Shown piece by piece: positions 32,544 to 41,826 of a DNA stretch of 64,000 nt (the stretch's first letter is position 1; every line of letters begins with the position of its first letter). A model generated the notes under the pieces. The model searched no databases. It saw only the letters and a list, made by a program, of their open reading frames with translations, and was not told the origin of the DNA. The DNA lies in contig JASBVM010000048.1 of NCBI GenBank assembly GCA_029961055.1, positions 5,600-69,599 on the forward strand, written 5' to 3'. Source of the stretch: Bacillota bacterium. Its GTDB lineage: Bacteria; Bacillota; Sulfobacillia; JAIMAT01. The position numbers and the translations under genes are program-made.

Positions 32544-33833
32544 CTGATCCTGCGCGACCCGGTCCACGGCGACATCCCACTGACGGCGGAGGAAGCCTGG
32601 CTCCTCGACGCGCCCGAGGTGCAGCGGCTCCGCTGGGTGCAGCAGCTGGGGACGGCCTACCTGGTCTACCCCGGGTGCCGGCACAGCCGCCTGGAGCACG
32701 GCCTCGGCGCCCTGGCGGTGGCCGGCCGGATCCTGGACGCGCTGGCCCGGAGCGGCTTCGCGCCGCCGGAGGAGGTGGCCCGGGCCGTCCGCGCGGCCGC
32801 ACTCCTCCACGACGTCTCCCACGTCCCCTTCGGCCACACCCTGGAGGACGAGCGCGGCCTGCTCCCGCGCCACGACCAGGGGTCGCGGCTGGAACTCCTC
32901 CTGGCCGGCGAGCTGGGACGGAGGCTGGAACGGCTCGACCTGCTGGAGCCGGTGCGCGCGATCCTGGAGCCGGCCGGGGCCGGGGCCGGGCCCGGCCCCG
33001 GGAAGCGCCGGCTGCCTCCCTGGGCTCGGGAGACCGTGGCCGGCACCATCGACGCCGACCTGCTCGACTACCTGCGGCGCGACGCCTACTACGCCGGGCT
33101 GAGACCCGGCTACGACGACCGCATCTTCCGCTACTTCGTCCTCGACGACGGCCACCTGGCCCTCAACCTGCAGGACCGTGGGATCGAACGCCCGGACGCC
33201 CGCTCCGAGGTGGTCCAGGTGCTGCGCACCCGCTACTTCCTGACGGAGCGGGTCTACTTCCATCATGCCAAGGTGGCCTCGGGCGCCATGGTCTCCCGGG
33301 CGGTGGAGACCGTCCTGGAGGCGGGTGCCCTGCGCGAGGCCGACCTGCTGGCGCACGGCGACCAGACGCTCCTCGACTGGCTGGCCCGGGGCGCGGGCCT
33401 CGACGGGGAGGAGGGGCAGGCGGTCTCCCTCCTGGCCCGGGGCGTCCTGGAGCGCCGCCTGCTCAAACGCGCCTACGTGCTCACCCCGCGGACCACCCGC
33501 CCGGAGGAGCGGGCGGAGCTGACCCGCCGCTACTGGCGCCGGGGCGAGGAGCGCCGGCGGCTGGAGGCCGAGCTGGCCGGGGAGGCCGGCCTCCCCGAGG
33601 GCCTGGTGGTGGTCTGGTGCGCCCAGGAGAGCGCTCTCAAAGAAGCGCGGGTGCGGGTGATCGGTCCCGCGGGCCGGCGGGCGCTGGAGGGCCCGGAGGT
33701 GGAAGCGCTGGACCAGGCCTACCGGGCGCTCTGGCGGTTCTATGTCTTCGCTCCTCCAGAGGCCCGCGGCCGCGTGGAGGAGCTGGCCGCGCGCCGCTTC
33801 GACCGCCCCAGCGAGCTGCGGCCGCTCGGCTAG
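32544..33833 (+). CDS. HD-domain phosphohydrolase (SAMHD1/dNTPase-like); probable CTG start
   Basis: RDPVHGDI, QRLRWVQQLG, HSRLEH, LLHDVSH.PFGH, DADLLDYLRRD, VYFHH; GGAGG 8 nt before CTG 32544. Confidence 0.85.
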   Translation: MILRDPVHGDIPLTAEEAWLLDAPEVQRLRWVQQLGTAYLVYPGCRHSRLEHGLGALAVAGRILDALARSGFAPPEEVARAVRAAALLHDVSHVPFGHTLEDERGLLPRHDQGSRLELLLAGELGRRLERLDLLEPVRAILEPAGAGAGPGPGKRRLPPWARETVAGTIDADLLDYLRRDAYYAGLRPGYDDRIFRYFVLDDGHLALNLQDRGIERPDARSEVVQVLRTRYFLTERVYFHHAKVASGAMVSRAVETVLEAGALREADLLAHGDQTLLDWLARGAGLDGEEGQAVSLLARGVLERRLLKRAYVLTPRTTRPEERAELTRRYWRRGEERRRLEAELAGEAGLPEGLVVVWCAQESALKEARVRVIGPAGRRALEGPEVEALDQAYRALWRFYVFAPPEARGRVEELAARRFDRPSELRPLG

Positions 33834-33885
33834 GGAAATCCCCGGGAGGGCGAGCCATTCGTCCACAAAATCACATCTCACTCAT

Positions 33886-33914
33886 TTGAGGGAGAGGTCC
33901 TGGCCCGGTATAAT
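33886..33914 (+). promoter_or_regulatory. Sigma-A promoter of Rieske/cytochrome b operon
   Basis: TTGAGG-17 nt-TATAAT. Confidence 0.8.
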
Positions 33915-34016
33915 GAACCCGCATTACGATAGATGAACATAAAGGAAGCACAGTAACGATCCGTAAGGGCGTCGGCCGACCTGGTATCCGAACGACGCCC
34001 CAAAGGGGGGTCGGCG

Positions 34017-34793
34017 GTGGCAGAGCCCAGGCCCAACCTCTGGGAGCGGATCCGCGGGACCGCGCTCTACAGGTCGATCTACCGGACGCGCTACCCGGAC
34101 CAGCCTCGGTGGCAGTCCATGGTCATCCTGCAGAGCTTGGCGCTCCACCTGCATCCGGTCCGAATACCCAAGCGGGCCACCCGTCTCACCTACACGTGGG
34201 GGCTGGGGGGGCTGAGCGTCTGGCTCTTCCTCATCCTCACCTTCACGGGCGTCTTCCTGATGTTCTACTACGTGCCCGACGTGCCGGGCGCCTACTTCTC
34301 CATCCAGAACCTGGCCACAAGCGTCACCTTCGGCCAGTTCATGCGCAACCTCCACCGCTGGGCCGCGCACGCCATGGTCCTGCTGGTCTTCATGCACATG
34401 ACGCGCGTCTTCCTGACCGGCTCCTACAAGCGGCCGCGGGAGTACAACTGGATGGTCGGCGTCGGCCTCCTGGTGCTCACCTTCCTGCTCAGCTTCACCG
34501 GCTATCTCCTGCCCTGGGACCAGCTGGCGCTCTGGGCGATCACGGTGGGGACCAACATGGCCGGCTCGACGCCGCTCATCGGCGGCACCGTCCGGACGGC
34601 GCTCCTGGGCGGTTTCAGCGTGGGGCCGGCGACGCTGGTGCGCTGGTACACCCTGCACGTCATCTTCCTGCCGCTGGCGCTGATCGTGGGCATGAGCATC
34701 CACTTCTGGCGCATCCGCAAGGACGGCGGCATCTCCACCCCGATCTACGAGGAAGAGGAGATTGGGACCCATGTCCAGCAGCTTGCCGGGTGA
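34017..34793 (+). CDS. qcrB: Cytochrome b (b6-like N-terminal part) of Rieske/cytb complex
   Basis: TGVFLMFYY.P, RNLHRWAAH..V...HM.RVF.TG.YK.PRE.NW, TGYLLPWDQ, LHV...IHF. Confidence 0.92.
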   Translation: MAEPRPNLWERIRGTALYRSIYRTRYPDQPRWQSMVILQSLALHLHPVRIPKRATRLTYTWGLGGLSVWLFLILTFTGVFLMFYYVPDVPGAYFSIQNLATSVTFGQFMRNLHRWAAHAMVLLVFMHMTRVFLTGSYKRPREYNWMVGVGLLVLTFLLSFTGYLLPWDQLALWAITVGTNMAGSTPLIGGTVRTALLGGFSVGPATLVRWYTLHVIFLPLALIVGMSIHFWRIRKDGGISTPIYEEEEIGTHVQQLAG

Positions 34794-35550
34794 ACGGACT
34801 CAACCGCTGGAGGAGGAAGGCGCACCCGCGCGGAACCCGCGCGAGCGCTTCTTCGAGGACGTGCCCGAGGAGGAGACGCGCTCCGTCTTCGTCTGGCCCA
34901 ACCTGCTCAGCATCGAGCTGGTCGGCGGCCTCCTGCTCCTGCTCCTCCTCAGCGTCCTGGCCGTCCTGGTCAACGCGCCGCTGGAGACGCTGGCCAACGA
35001 CGAGAAGACGCCCGACCCGTCCAAGGCGCCCTGGTACTTCCTCGGCCTGCAGGAGCTGCTCCTGCACATGCACCCGTCGCTGGCCGGCGTGATCGTGCCC
35101 GGAGTGGTCATCCTCGGCCTGATGGCCATCCCGTACATCGATCGGGAACGGGTCGGCACCGGCATCTACTTCACCACCAAGAAGGGGCTCCCCATCGCCC
35201 TGTTCTCGCTGGTCTACACGGCGGTCTGGGAGGTGGGGCTGATCCTGCTGGACCAGTACCTCCCCGCTGCCGAGGGCGGCCACGGCCTGGGCCCCTACCT
35301 GCACACGGTGCTGGGCTGGCCGGAGTGGATCTCCGCCATCGCGGTGCCGAGCGTGATCATGCTCTTCATCCCGACGCTGCTGGCCCTCATCGTGCGCAGG
35401 CGCTGGCAGGCCGACACGCGCGAGGTGATGATCGCGCTCTACGCCTTCTTCTTCGCCTCGTTCTGGACGCTGACCATCGTCGGGACCTTCTTCCGCGGGG
35501 AGAGCATGAACCTGGTCCTGCCGTGGAATCTTCCCGGCTTCAGCGAGTAG
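34771..35550 (+). CDS. Cytochrome b subunit IV (PetD-like), C-terminally extended (259 aa)
   Basis: VWPNLL, NAPLE..AN...[23 protein letters not shown]; extra hydrophobic segments; GAGGAG RBS. Confidence 0.88.
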   Translation: MSSSLPGERTQPLEEEGAPARNPRERFFEDVPEEETRSVFVWPNLLSIELVGGLLLLLLLSVLAVLVNAPLETLANDEKTPDPSKAPWYFLGLQELLLHMHPSLAGVIVPGVVILGLMAIPYIDRERVGTGIYFTTKKGLPIALFSLVYTAVWEVGLILLDQYLPAAEGGHGLGPYLHTVLGWPEWISAIAVPSVIMLFIPTLLALIVRRRWQADTREVMIALYAFFFASFWTLTIVGTFFRGESMNLVLPWNLPGFSE

Positions 35551-35578
35551 CGATCGTCGGCATGGGGGTGAGCGTGGC

Positions 35579-36130
35579 GTGAGCGTACAACCGGAGGCAG
35601 AGAAGCCGTCGGCCCAGCCCAAGCCGGCCCCGGAGCCGGAGAAGGTGAGCCGGCGGAGGCTCCTGCGCTACCTGATGTGGGGGTCGACGGGCGTCTTCAC
35701 ACTCGCCGTGGCGGGGACCGGGCTGGGCATGTTCTGGCCGCGCAAGATCGAGGGCTTCGGCGGCAAGGTGGTCGCCGGCCCGGTGAGCAAGTTCGCGCAG
35801 CCCCTCAGCGTCACCGTCGTGCGCGAAGGCAAGTTCTACGTCTCGCATGTGACCAGGAAGTACGCGCCCACCGAGGGGCTGATCGCGCTCTACTGGCGGT
35901 GCGTCCACCTGGGGTGCACCGTCCCCTGGGTCCCCGCCGAGGATCGCTTCCACTGCCCCTGCCACGGCTCGATCTACGATCACGCGGGCAAGAACATCGC
36001 CGGACCGGCGCCGCGACCGCTGGACTGGATGCCGTTGACGATCGAAAAGGGGATCGTGGTGGTCGACACGGGCAAGATCAACCAGCGGCACGCGGTGGAG
36101 GCCGATCAGATCACGCCGCTCAACGGCTGA
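35579..36130 (+). CDS. qcrA: Rieske 2Fe-2S subunit with Tat anchor
   Basis: SRRRLL; CVHLGC; CPCHGSIY; GPAPRPL. Confidence 0.93.
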   Translation: MSVQPEAEKPSAQPKPAPEPEKVSRRRLLRYLMWGSTGVFTLAVAGTGLGMFWPRKIEGFGGKVVAGPVSKFAQPLSVTVVREGKFYVSHVTRKYAPTEGLIALYWRCVHLGCTVPWVPAEDRFHCPCHGSIYDHAGKNIAGPAPRPLDWMPLTIEKGIVVVDTGKINQRHAVEADQITPLNG

Positions 36131-36145
36131 ACGGAGGGGAAGCAG

Positions 36146-36310
36146 GTGCTGCTGCAGCTGTCGGGCGCACGCGGGGAAGCGATCGAACTCCTGGTGGTCA
36201 TGCTGACGCTGGGCGTCTTCTACGTCTCGATGTGGGCCATCGACCGCTGGATCCGGACCGACCGGCCCGGGCAGGTCGCCCGCCAGGGAGGTGCCCGGGG
36301 TGGCCGATGA
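36146..36310 (+). CDS. Small single-TM protein (54 aa) inside the Rieske/cytb operon
   Basis: GGAGGGG RBS, GTG start, MLLQLSGARGEAIELLVVMLTLGVFYVSMWAIDRWIRTDRPGQVARQGGARGGR*; fills the gap and overlaps the next start. Confidence 0.7.
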   Translation: MLLQLSGARGEAIELLVVMLTLGVFYVSMWAIDRWIRTDRPGQVARQGGARGGR

Positions 36311-37256
36311 ACCCGTCCAGGACCGCGAGCGGGTCTACTTCCTGGTGATGATCTTCTCCTGGCTGCTGGTCCTCCTCCTCGTCGGCTACGCCATCTACGA
36401 CCCGCTCCGCATGGCCGACGCGGCGGCGCAGCAGCGCCAGCAGTCCATCCAGAGCGGGGCGCGGCTCTATGCCCAGTACTGCATGGTCTGCCACGGTCCC
36501 AACGGCGAGGGCGTGGTCGGGAAGCCGCTCAACCGGCCGGACCTGCAGGGCGATCCGGCCGCCAAGCAGGACGTGGTGGCGATGCTGACGCAGACCATCA
36601 CCAACGGCCGGCCGGGCTCCACGGTGCCGCGCTGGGTCCGCCTGCCCGGCGGCGAGTGGGCCTCCTTCACCGCCATGCCCGCCTGGGGGCGGTCGCAGAA
36701 CGGGCCGCTCGACGAGCAGATGGTCAACGATCTGGTGGCCTTCATCATGAACGGCGACTTCGCCTTGGCCAACCGGTACACGCCGCCGGTGGGGACGGGG
36801 ACGCTCGGCCCGGCGGCTGCGTCCGATCCGGCCAAGCTGGCCACGCAGCTGCCCAAGCCCGCCGGCCTCGACGCCGGGACGTACGCGCAGGCGCAGAAGA
36901 TCGTCGGCAAGTACGGCTGCCTCAGCTGCCACACCATCGGCTCGGTGGGCGGCCGGATCGGGCCGGACCTGACCCAGGTGGGCAGCTGGGGGCTGGACGC
37001 CGACTTCCTCCAGGCGTGGGTGCTCCATGCCCCGACGGTCAAGGAGCGGGCGCCCGTCTACTGGTCCAACTACCAGAACCCCTTCCCCGTGCTGGAGCGA
37101 GCGCTGGGCAGCGGCGGGAAGGCGGACGGCCGGCTCGACCCGTTGCCGGCCCCGGTCCCCCTCCGCATCGGCACCGACATGCCCGACTTCTCCAAGGCGG
37201 GCATGACGCCGGAAGAGGCGAAGACGCTGGCCGACTACCTGCTCCACCTGAAGTGA
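36300..37256 (+). CDS. Membrane-anchored diheme cytochrome c
   Basis: N-terminal TM; CMVCH...AMPAW and CLSCH...GPDLT...MPDF; GGGAGGTG RBS. Confidence 0.92.
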   Translation: MADEPVQDRERVYFLVMIFSWLLVLLLVGYAIYDPLRMADAAAQQRQQSIQSGARLYAQYCMVCHGPNGEGVVGKPLNRPDLQGDPAAKQDVVAMLTQTITNGRPGSTVPRWVRLPGGEWASFTAMPAWGRSQNGPLDEQMVNDLVAFIMNGDFALANRYTPPVGTGTLGPAAASDPAKLATQLPKPAGLDAGTYAQAQKIVGKYGCLSCHTIGSVGGRIGPDLTQVGSWGLDADFLQAWVLHAPTVKERAPVYWSNYQNPFPVLERALGSGGKADGRLDPLPAPVPLRIGTDMPDFSKAGMTPEEAKTLADYLLHLK

Positions 37257-37276
37257 GGTCACGGGGGGGGGGTCCG

Positions 37277-38011
37277 ATGCAGCCGGCCGCGGAGTGGCTC
37301 TCGCTGGTCGCCACGCTGGCCTTCCTGGGCGGCGTGCTGCTCAAGCTCAACCAGCTGACGGGCTTCCCCTTCTTTCAGATGTTCGGCCTCTGGGCGCTGA
37401 TCGGGGCGATGCTCCTGGTCAGCCGCTGGGTCGAGCGGAACCAGGCGGTCCGGGTGGAGGAGAGCGTCCTGGAGCGGCTCCGGCAGCTGCTGCCCGCCGG
37501 CTCGCGGCTCCTCCGCCTGCGGCGGGACCGGCGGCTGCCCGGGCAGGCCGACCTGGTCATCCTCGCGCCGGCGGGGGTGGGTCTCCTCCTCTACGACCGC
37601 TCCTCGCAGCAGCGGCTGCGGCGAGGAGCGGTGCGGGCGCTGGGGGAGTCGGCGCGCCGGGCGGAGGAAGCCCGCCGGAGGGCCGAACGGCTCCTGGCGG
37701 AGGAGGGTGGGGCCCACGGTCTGGTGCTGCGCGCCGGCGTCCTCATGCTCCGGCGACGGGTGCGGGAGACGGAGCTGGAGGAGGCCCGGACGCTGGCGGA
37801 GGCCGCGGGCCGGGTCGACTTCCTCAACGCCGAGGAGCTGGAGGAGTGGCTCCACCCGCTGACCGGGGGAGGGACGTGGGAGGCCGGGGCGAGGGCGGCC
37901 TTCGCGCGACGGTGGCGCGACGAGGCGTCGCTGGAGCCGGGGTCGCGGGAGCCGGCGGCGGAGACGGCCCGGGCCGCCGGCCGGTGGGGAGCTCCCGGCG
38001 CGCAGGGCTGA
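37277..38011 (+). CDS. Hypothetical protein, two N-terminal TM helices plus degenerate NERD-like domain
   Basis: Hydrophobic N-terminus; QADLVILAPAGVGLL resembles the NERD core; fills the gap in operon orientation. Confidence 0.6.
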   Translation: MQPAAEWLSLVATLAFLGGVLLKLNQLTGFPFFQMFGLWALIGAMLLVSRWVERNQAVRVEESVLERLRQLLPAGSRLLRLRRDRRLPGQADLVILAPAGVGLLLYDRSSQQRLRRGAVRALGESARRAEEARRRAERLLAEEGGAHGLVLRAGVLMLRRRVRETELEEARTLAEAAGRVDFLNAEELEEWLHPLTGGGTWEAGARAAFARRWRDEASLEPGSREPAAETARAAGRWGAPGAQG

Positions 38012-38041
38012 GGCGACCGGGCCGAAAGGAGGAGGAGCGGA

Positions 38042-38470
38042 GTGGCTTACACGATCGTGGAGACCTGCATCGGCTGCTCGGCCTGCGAGAAGGTCTGCCC
38101 CACCGACGCCATCTGGGGCAGGCAGCGGGAGCTCTTCCACATCGATCCCGAGCTCTGCATCGACTGCGGCGCCTGCGCCCGGGTCTGCCCGGTCCAGGCG
38201 ATCCACGACGCGAAGGGCTTCTTCCCCCCGCGGATCGCCCGGCGCGCCGACTGGCCGAAGCCGGTGGTCAACCCGGACCTCTGCTCGGGCTGCAACTTCT
38301 GCGTGGACATCTGCCCCTTCGACTGCCTGGAGGTGGAGGGCGGTCCCATGTTCGGCATCGCCAGGCTGGTGCGGCCGAACGCCTGCGTCAGCTGCGGCGA
38401 GTGCGAGGAGGTCTGCATCAAGGGGGCGATCGTGGTCCCGGGCGTCCGCCGTCCCAGGGAGGTGGCCTGA
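38042..38470 (+). CDS. Polyferredoxin with four CxxCxxCxxxC motifs
   Basis: CIGCSACEKVCP, CIDCGACARVCP, CSGCNFCVDICP, CVSCGECEEVC; AAAGGAGG RBS. Confidence 0.93.
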   Translation: MAYTIVETCIGCSACEKVCPTDAIWGRQRELFHIDPELCIDCGACARVCPVQAIHDAKGFFPPRIARRADWPKPVVNPDLCSGCNFCVDICPFDCLEVEGGPMFGIARLVRPNACVSCGECEEVCIKGAIVVPGVRRPREVA

Positions 38471-38508
38471 GCGGCGAGCCCGAGACTGGGGCCGGCGGTC
38501 CAGCCGGC

Positions 38509-39306
38509 CTAGTCGGCGTCGGCCTGGAGCGCCGGTTCGCGGCTCTGGTTCCTGCGGTAGATGATCTCCAGCCCCGTGAGCGTCAGGAAGGGATCGACCC
38601 TCTGGATCGTCTCGCTCTCCGCCGCCACCAGCTCGGCGTAGCCCCCCGTGGCCACCACGGCGGAGCGGCTGCCCAGCTCCCGCTGGATGCGGCGGACCAG
38701 CGCGTCCACCTGTCCCGCGAAGCCGAAGAGGATGCCGGACTGCATGGACTGGACCGTGTTCCGGCCGATCACCCGGGGCGGCCGCACCAGCTCCACCCGG
38801 GGCAGCTTGGAAGCGTGCTCGAAGAGCGCCTCCGTCGAGATGCCGATGCCGGGGGCGATGGCACCCCCCAGGTAGGCGCCGGTGGCGTCGACCACGTCGA
38901 AGGTGGTGGCGGTCCCGAAGTCGACCACCACCACCGGCCCGCCGTACTGCTCGAAGGCGGCCACGGCGTCGACGATCCGGTCGGCGCCCACCTCCCGGGG
39001 GTTCTCGTAGCGGATGGGCATGCCGGTGTGGACTCCGGGCCCCACCACCAGCGGCTCCACGTGCAGCTCCTGGCGGAGGAAGCGGACGATCGCCGCCAGG
39101 GAGGGCGGCACCACGCAGGCGACGGCTGCCCCGTCGACCTCCTCGGGCCGCTCGCCGGCCCGGTCGAAGAGCACCTTGAGCATCACCGCCCACTCGTCCG
39201 CCGTCCGCTCCGGGCGGCTGGAGACCCGCCAGTGGCGGACCAGGCGGCGTCCGCGGTAGAGACCGATCATGGTCGTGGTGTTGCCCATGTCCAGCGCGAG
39301 TAGCAC
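38509..39306 (-). CDS. coaX: Type III pantothenate kinase
   Basis: LDMGNT, EVGADRI, VVDFGTATTFD, GGAIAPG, ATGG. Confidence 0.96.
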   Translation of the reverse strand: MLLALDMGNTTTMIGLYRGRRLVRHWRVSSRPERTADEWAVMLKVLFDRAGERPEEVDGAAVACVVPPSLAAIVRFLRQELHVEPLVVGPGVHTGMPIRYENPREVGADRIVDAVAAFEQYGGPVVVVDFGTATTFDVVDATGAYLGGAIAPGIGISTEALFEHASKLPRVELVRPPRVIGRNTVQSMQSGILFGFAGQVDALVRRIQRELGSRSAVVATGGYAELVAAESETIQRVDPFLTLTGLEIIYRRNQSREPALQADAD

Positions 39307-39363
39307 TTCCTCCGCTCGCCTCCGCTTGCAGACGTCTTCGAGGTCGTCGAAGCCTCCCGCCGC

Positions 39364-40134
39364 TCAGCCCGCGGCGCCGGTGGTCTCGCTGGCGCCCTTC
39401 GCCAGGCCGATGCGGCGCAGCGCCCGGTAGACGGGGACGGTCAGGAGCATGGCCACCAGGGCCTCCGGAAGTCCCTGCACCACGCCGATGCCCAGCGCGA
39501 TCTGCCAGGGCAGGTAGCCCCGCAGCGTCACCAGGGTGAGGACGCCCACGGTGTTGGTCAGGCTGCCCAGGAGAGCCGCCAGGGCCGGGCCCGTCTCTCC
39601 CCGCCGCAACCAGCGGAGCACCAGCCAGGCCGCGCCCGCGGCCACGCCCAGCGATGCGGCGAGGCTCAAGGGCGTCACGCCCGGGTAGGGGGACTGGACG
39701 GAGGTGGGGATGCCGTTGGTCAGCCGGTAGGTGGCATCCCCCAGGGCGAGCGCCACCAGCGCGGCCACCGCCCAGCGGCCGGCGCGGCTCTCCGCCGCCC
39801 GGAGCGAGGCGTAGGCGACCAGCCCGATGAGGATGCGGGGGACGAAGGCGACCAGCGGGTCGCTGAACATCACCCGGGCGACGGGGTTGGCGGCGTGGGT
39901 GAGCGCCTGCCAGTAGCTGAAGGTGCCGAAGAGGAGGCCGGCCCAGGCTCCGGCCAGCGGCCCCTCCGCCAGGGCGGCCAGGATGACCGGGATGTGGATG
40001 GTGGTGGCGGAACCGGCCGGCGTCGGCACGGGGATGAATCCGAGGGGGGTGAGGCCGAGGACGACCACCAGCGCCCCCATGAGGGCGGTGACCACCAGGC
40101 TGCGGGTACGCGAATGGGCCTGCGCGACGTGCAC
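39364..40134 (-). CDS. panT: ECF transporter S component, pantothenate-type
   Basis: LTPLGFIP, TTIHIPVI, VPRILIG, GSLTNTVGVL, GLPEA; adjacent to coaX. Confidence 0.82.
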   Translation of the reverse strand: MHVAQAHSRTRSLVVTALMGALVVVLGLTPLGFIPVPTPAGSATTIHIPVILAALAEGPLAGAWAGLLFGTFSYWQALTHAANPVARVMFSDPLVAFVPRILIGLVAYASLRAAESRAGRWAVAALVALALGDATYRLTNGIPTSVQSPYPGVTPLSLAASLGVAAGAAWLVLRWLRRGETGPALAALLGSLTNTVGVLTLVTLRGYLPWQIALGIGVVQGLPEALVAMLLTVPVYRALRRIGLAKGASETTGAAG

Positions 40135-40345
40135 GGGAATCCCTCCGTTCCGGCTCCGCTCCCGCGGATGCCGTTCGTCGGACTGCGCCTGTCGCCTGGA
40201 ATCCGTCCGGAAGGCGGTGCGAGCCGAAGCTTTCGCCCGCCGGGACGATCCGGGCTGCTCCAGTATACACGGAGGGGGGCCGGGGCAGGAACCGCCCGCG
40301 CCCGCCGGCGGGCCGCGGAGGGGGCGGGCCGGGGGAGACCGGCGC

Positions 40346-40798
40346 TCAATCGAGGAAGCGCGCCAGGATGGCGGTCAGACCCGCGGCGATCAGGGGCCCG
40401 GTGGGCACTCCGCCCAGGAGGACGCCGACGATGGAGCCGACGATCAACCCCACCATGACGGAGGGCTGGCGGGCGAGGAGGTCGACGCCGTCCTTGGCCA
40501 CGTAGGCGGCGGCGGCGCTGACCACGACGGCGACGAGACCGGCGGGGCGGAGGAGCTCGCCGACGAAGTGGCGCAGGGAGATGCGGCCGTCCGCCACCGG
40601 AACCAGGATGGCCAGGATGAGCAGGAAGATGCCGGCGCTGATCCCGTACCGGCCGAGGAGGTGCAAGAGGGGATCGGCGCCTGCCAGGCGGAGGAGGATC
40701 AGCACCGCCGCCGAGCCGGTCAGCAGGCTGTTGCGCGAGACCAGGCCCAGCGCCAGGAGAAGGAGCAGGATGAGCATCGGCTCGGGCACCGAGAGCAT
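40346..40798 (-). CDS. DUF441 (UPF0756) membrane protein
   Basis: LAILVPVADGRI, GGVPTGPLIAAG. Confidence 0.85.
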   Translation of the reverse strand: MLSVPEPMLILLLLLALGLVSRNSLLTGSAAVLILLRLAGADPLLHLLGRYGISAGIFLLILAILVPVADGRISLRHFVGELLRPAGLVAVVVSAAAAYVAKDGVDLLARQPSVMVGLIVGSIVGVLLGGVPTGPLIAAGLTAILARFLD

Positions 40799-40986
40799 GA
40801 CGCCGCCTCCTCAAGGGGTGGCCCCCACCAGCCCCCTGTTATTCGGGCCGGCGCGGATTATGCCGAGGGCTCACCTCGGTCAAGCGGGGCCGAATAGCCT
40901 GCTGCCGTGACACGCGGGCGGAGCGGGTTCAGGCGGCCCGGCCACGGACCTGGGCCGCCGCTCCGGCAGCGGGAGGAGGGGAGCAC

Positions 40987-41826
40987 GTGCGCGGACGCGG
41001 TTGGTCGGAGGCCTTCCCGTACCCCGTGGAGGGGCGTCAGGCCAAGCCCCGCGACGAGGGGCTGACCATGGTCATCGACAAGGGCCTGGGCTTGGAGCAG
41101 ACCCGCGACCTCCTGGAGCTGGCGGCGGAGCACGTCGACATGATCAAGCTCGCCTTCGGCACCTCGGCCCTCTACCCGTTGGAGCGGCTGAGGGAGAAGG
41201 TCCGGCTGATCCAGAGCTACGGGATCCCCGCCTACCCGGGAGGCACGCTCCTCGAGGTGGCGGTGGTGCAGGGGCGCTTCCAGGACTTCCTGGACGAGGC
41301 GGAGCGGATCGGGTTCGAGAAGCTCGAGGTCTCCGACGGCACCATCCCCATGACCCCGGACGTTCGCGCGGAGATCATCCGCATCTGCCGGGAGCGGGGC
41401 TTCGCGGTGGTCAGCGAGGTGGGGAAGAAGCACCCCGCCGACCGGGTACCCTCCAGCAACCTGGTGGAACAGGTGGCGGCCGACCTGGAGGCCGGCGCGA
41501 GCCACGTGATCATCGAGGGGCGCGAGTCCGGCAAGGGGGTGGTGATCTACCACGAGGACGGCTCCATCGACGACGACGAGCTGGAGTACATCGTGCGCAG
41601 CGTGCCGGACGTCCGCCGGCTCATCTGGGAGGCGCCGAGGAAGTCGCAGCAGCAGGACCTGGTCCTTCGCTTCGGCCCCAACGTCAACCTCGGCAACGTC
41701 CACCCGGAGGACGTCCTGGCCTGCGAGGCGCTGCGGGTCGGCCTGCGCGGCGACACGCTCCGGGCGGCTCTCCTCCGCCATCCCGAGCGCTTTCCCTTCC
41801 CCTACGCCCTTCAGCGGGACGGCTGA
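40987..41826 (+). CDS. comA: Phosphosulfolactate synthase
   Basis: KPR..GLTMVIDKG, KLAFGTS, GGTLLE, EVSDG, SEVGKK, EGRESG, WEAP..SQQ, GPNVNLGN, LR.GLRGDT. Confidence 0.93.
   Translation: MRGRGWSEAFPYPVEGRQAKPRDEGLTMVIDKGLGLEQTRDLLELAAEHVDMIKLAFGTSALYPLERLREKVRLIQSYGIPAYPGGTLLEVAVVQGRFQDFLDEAERIGFEKLEVSDGTIPMTPDVRAEIIRICRERGFAVVSEVGKKHPADRVPSSNLVEQVAADLEAGASHVIIEGRESGKGVVIYHEDGSIDDDELEYIVRSVPDVRRLIWEAPRKSQQQDLVLRFGPNVNLGNVHPEDVLACEALRVGLRGDTLRAALLRHPERFPFPYALQRDG

Noticed and set aside
33859-33876. Possible Rex or Crp/Fnr site TCGTCCACAAAATCACAT upstream of the bc promoter (and CCGTGAAAAAATAG near cydA, 20679-20692)
   Set aside because: Only one half-site matches in each case; not supportable without a matrix search.
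40830-40900. Sporulation sigma-E/sigma-K-like promoter matches between DUF441 and comA
   Set aside because: Degenerate matches with imperfect spacing.
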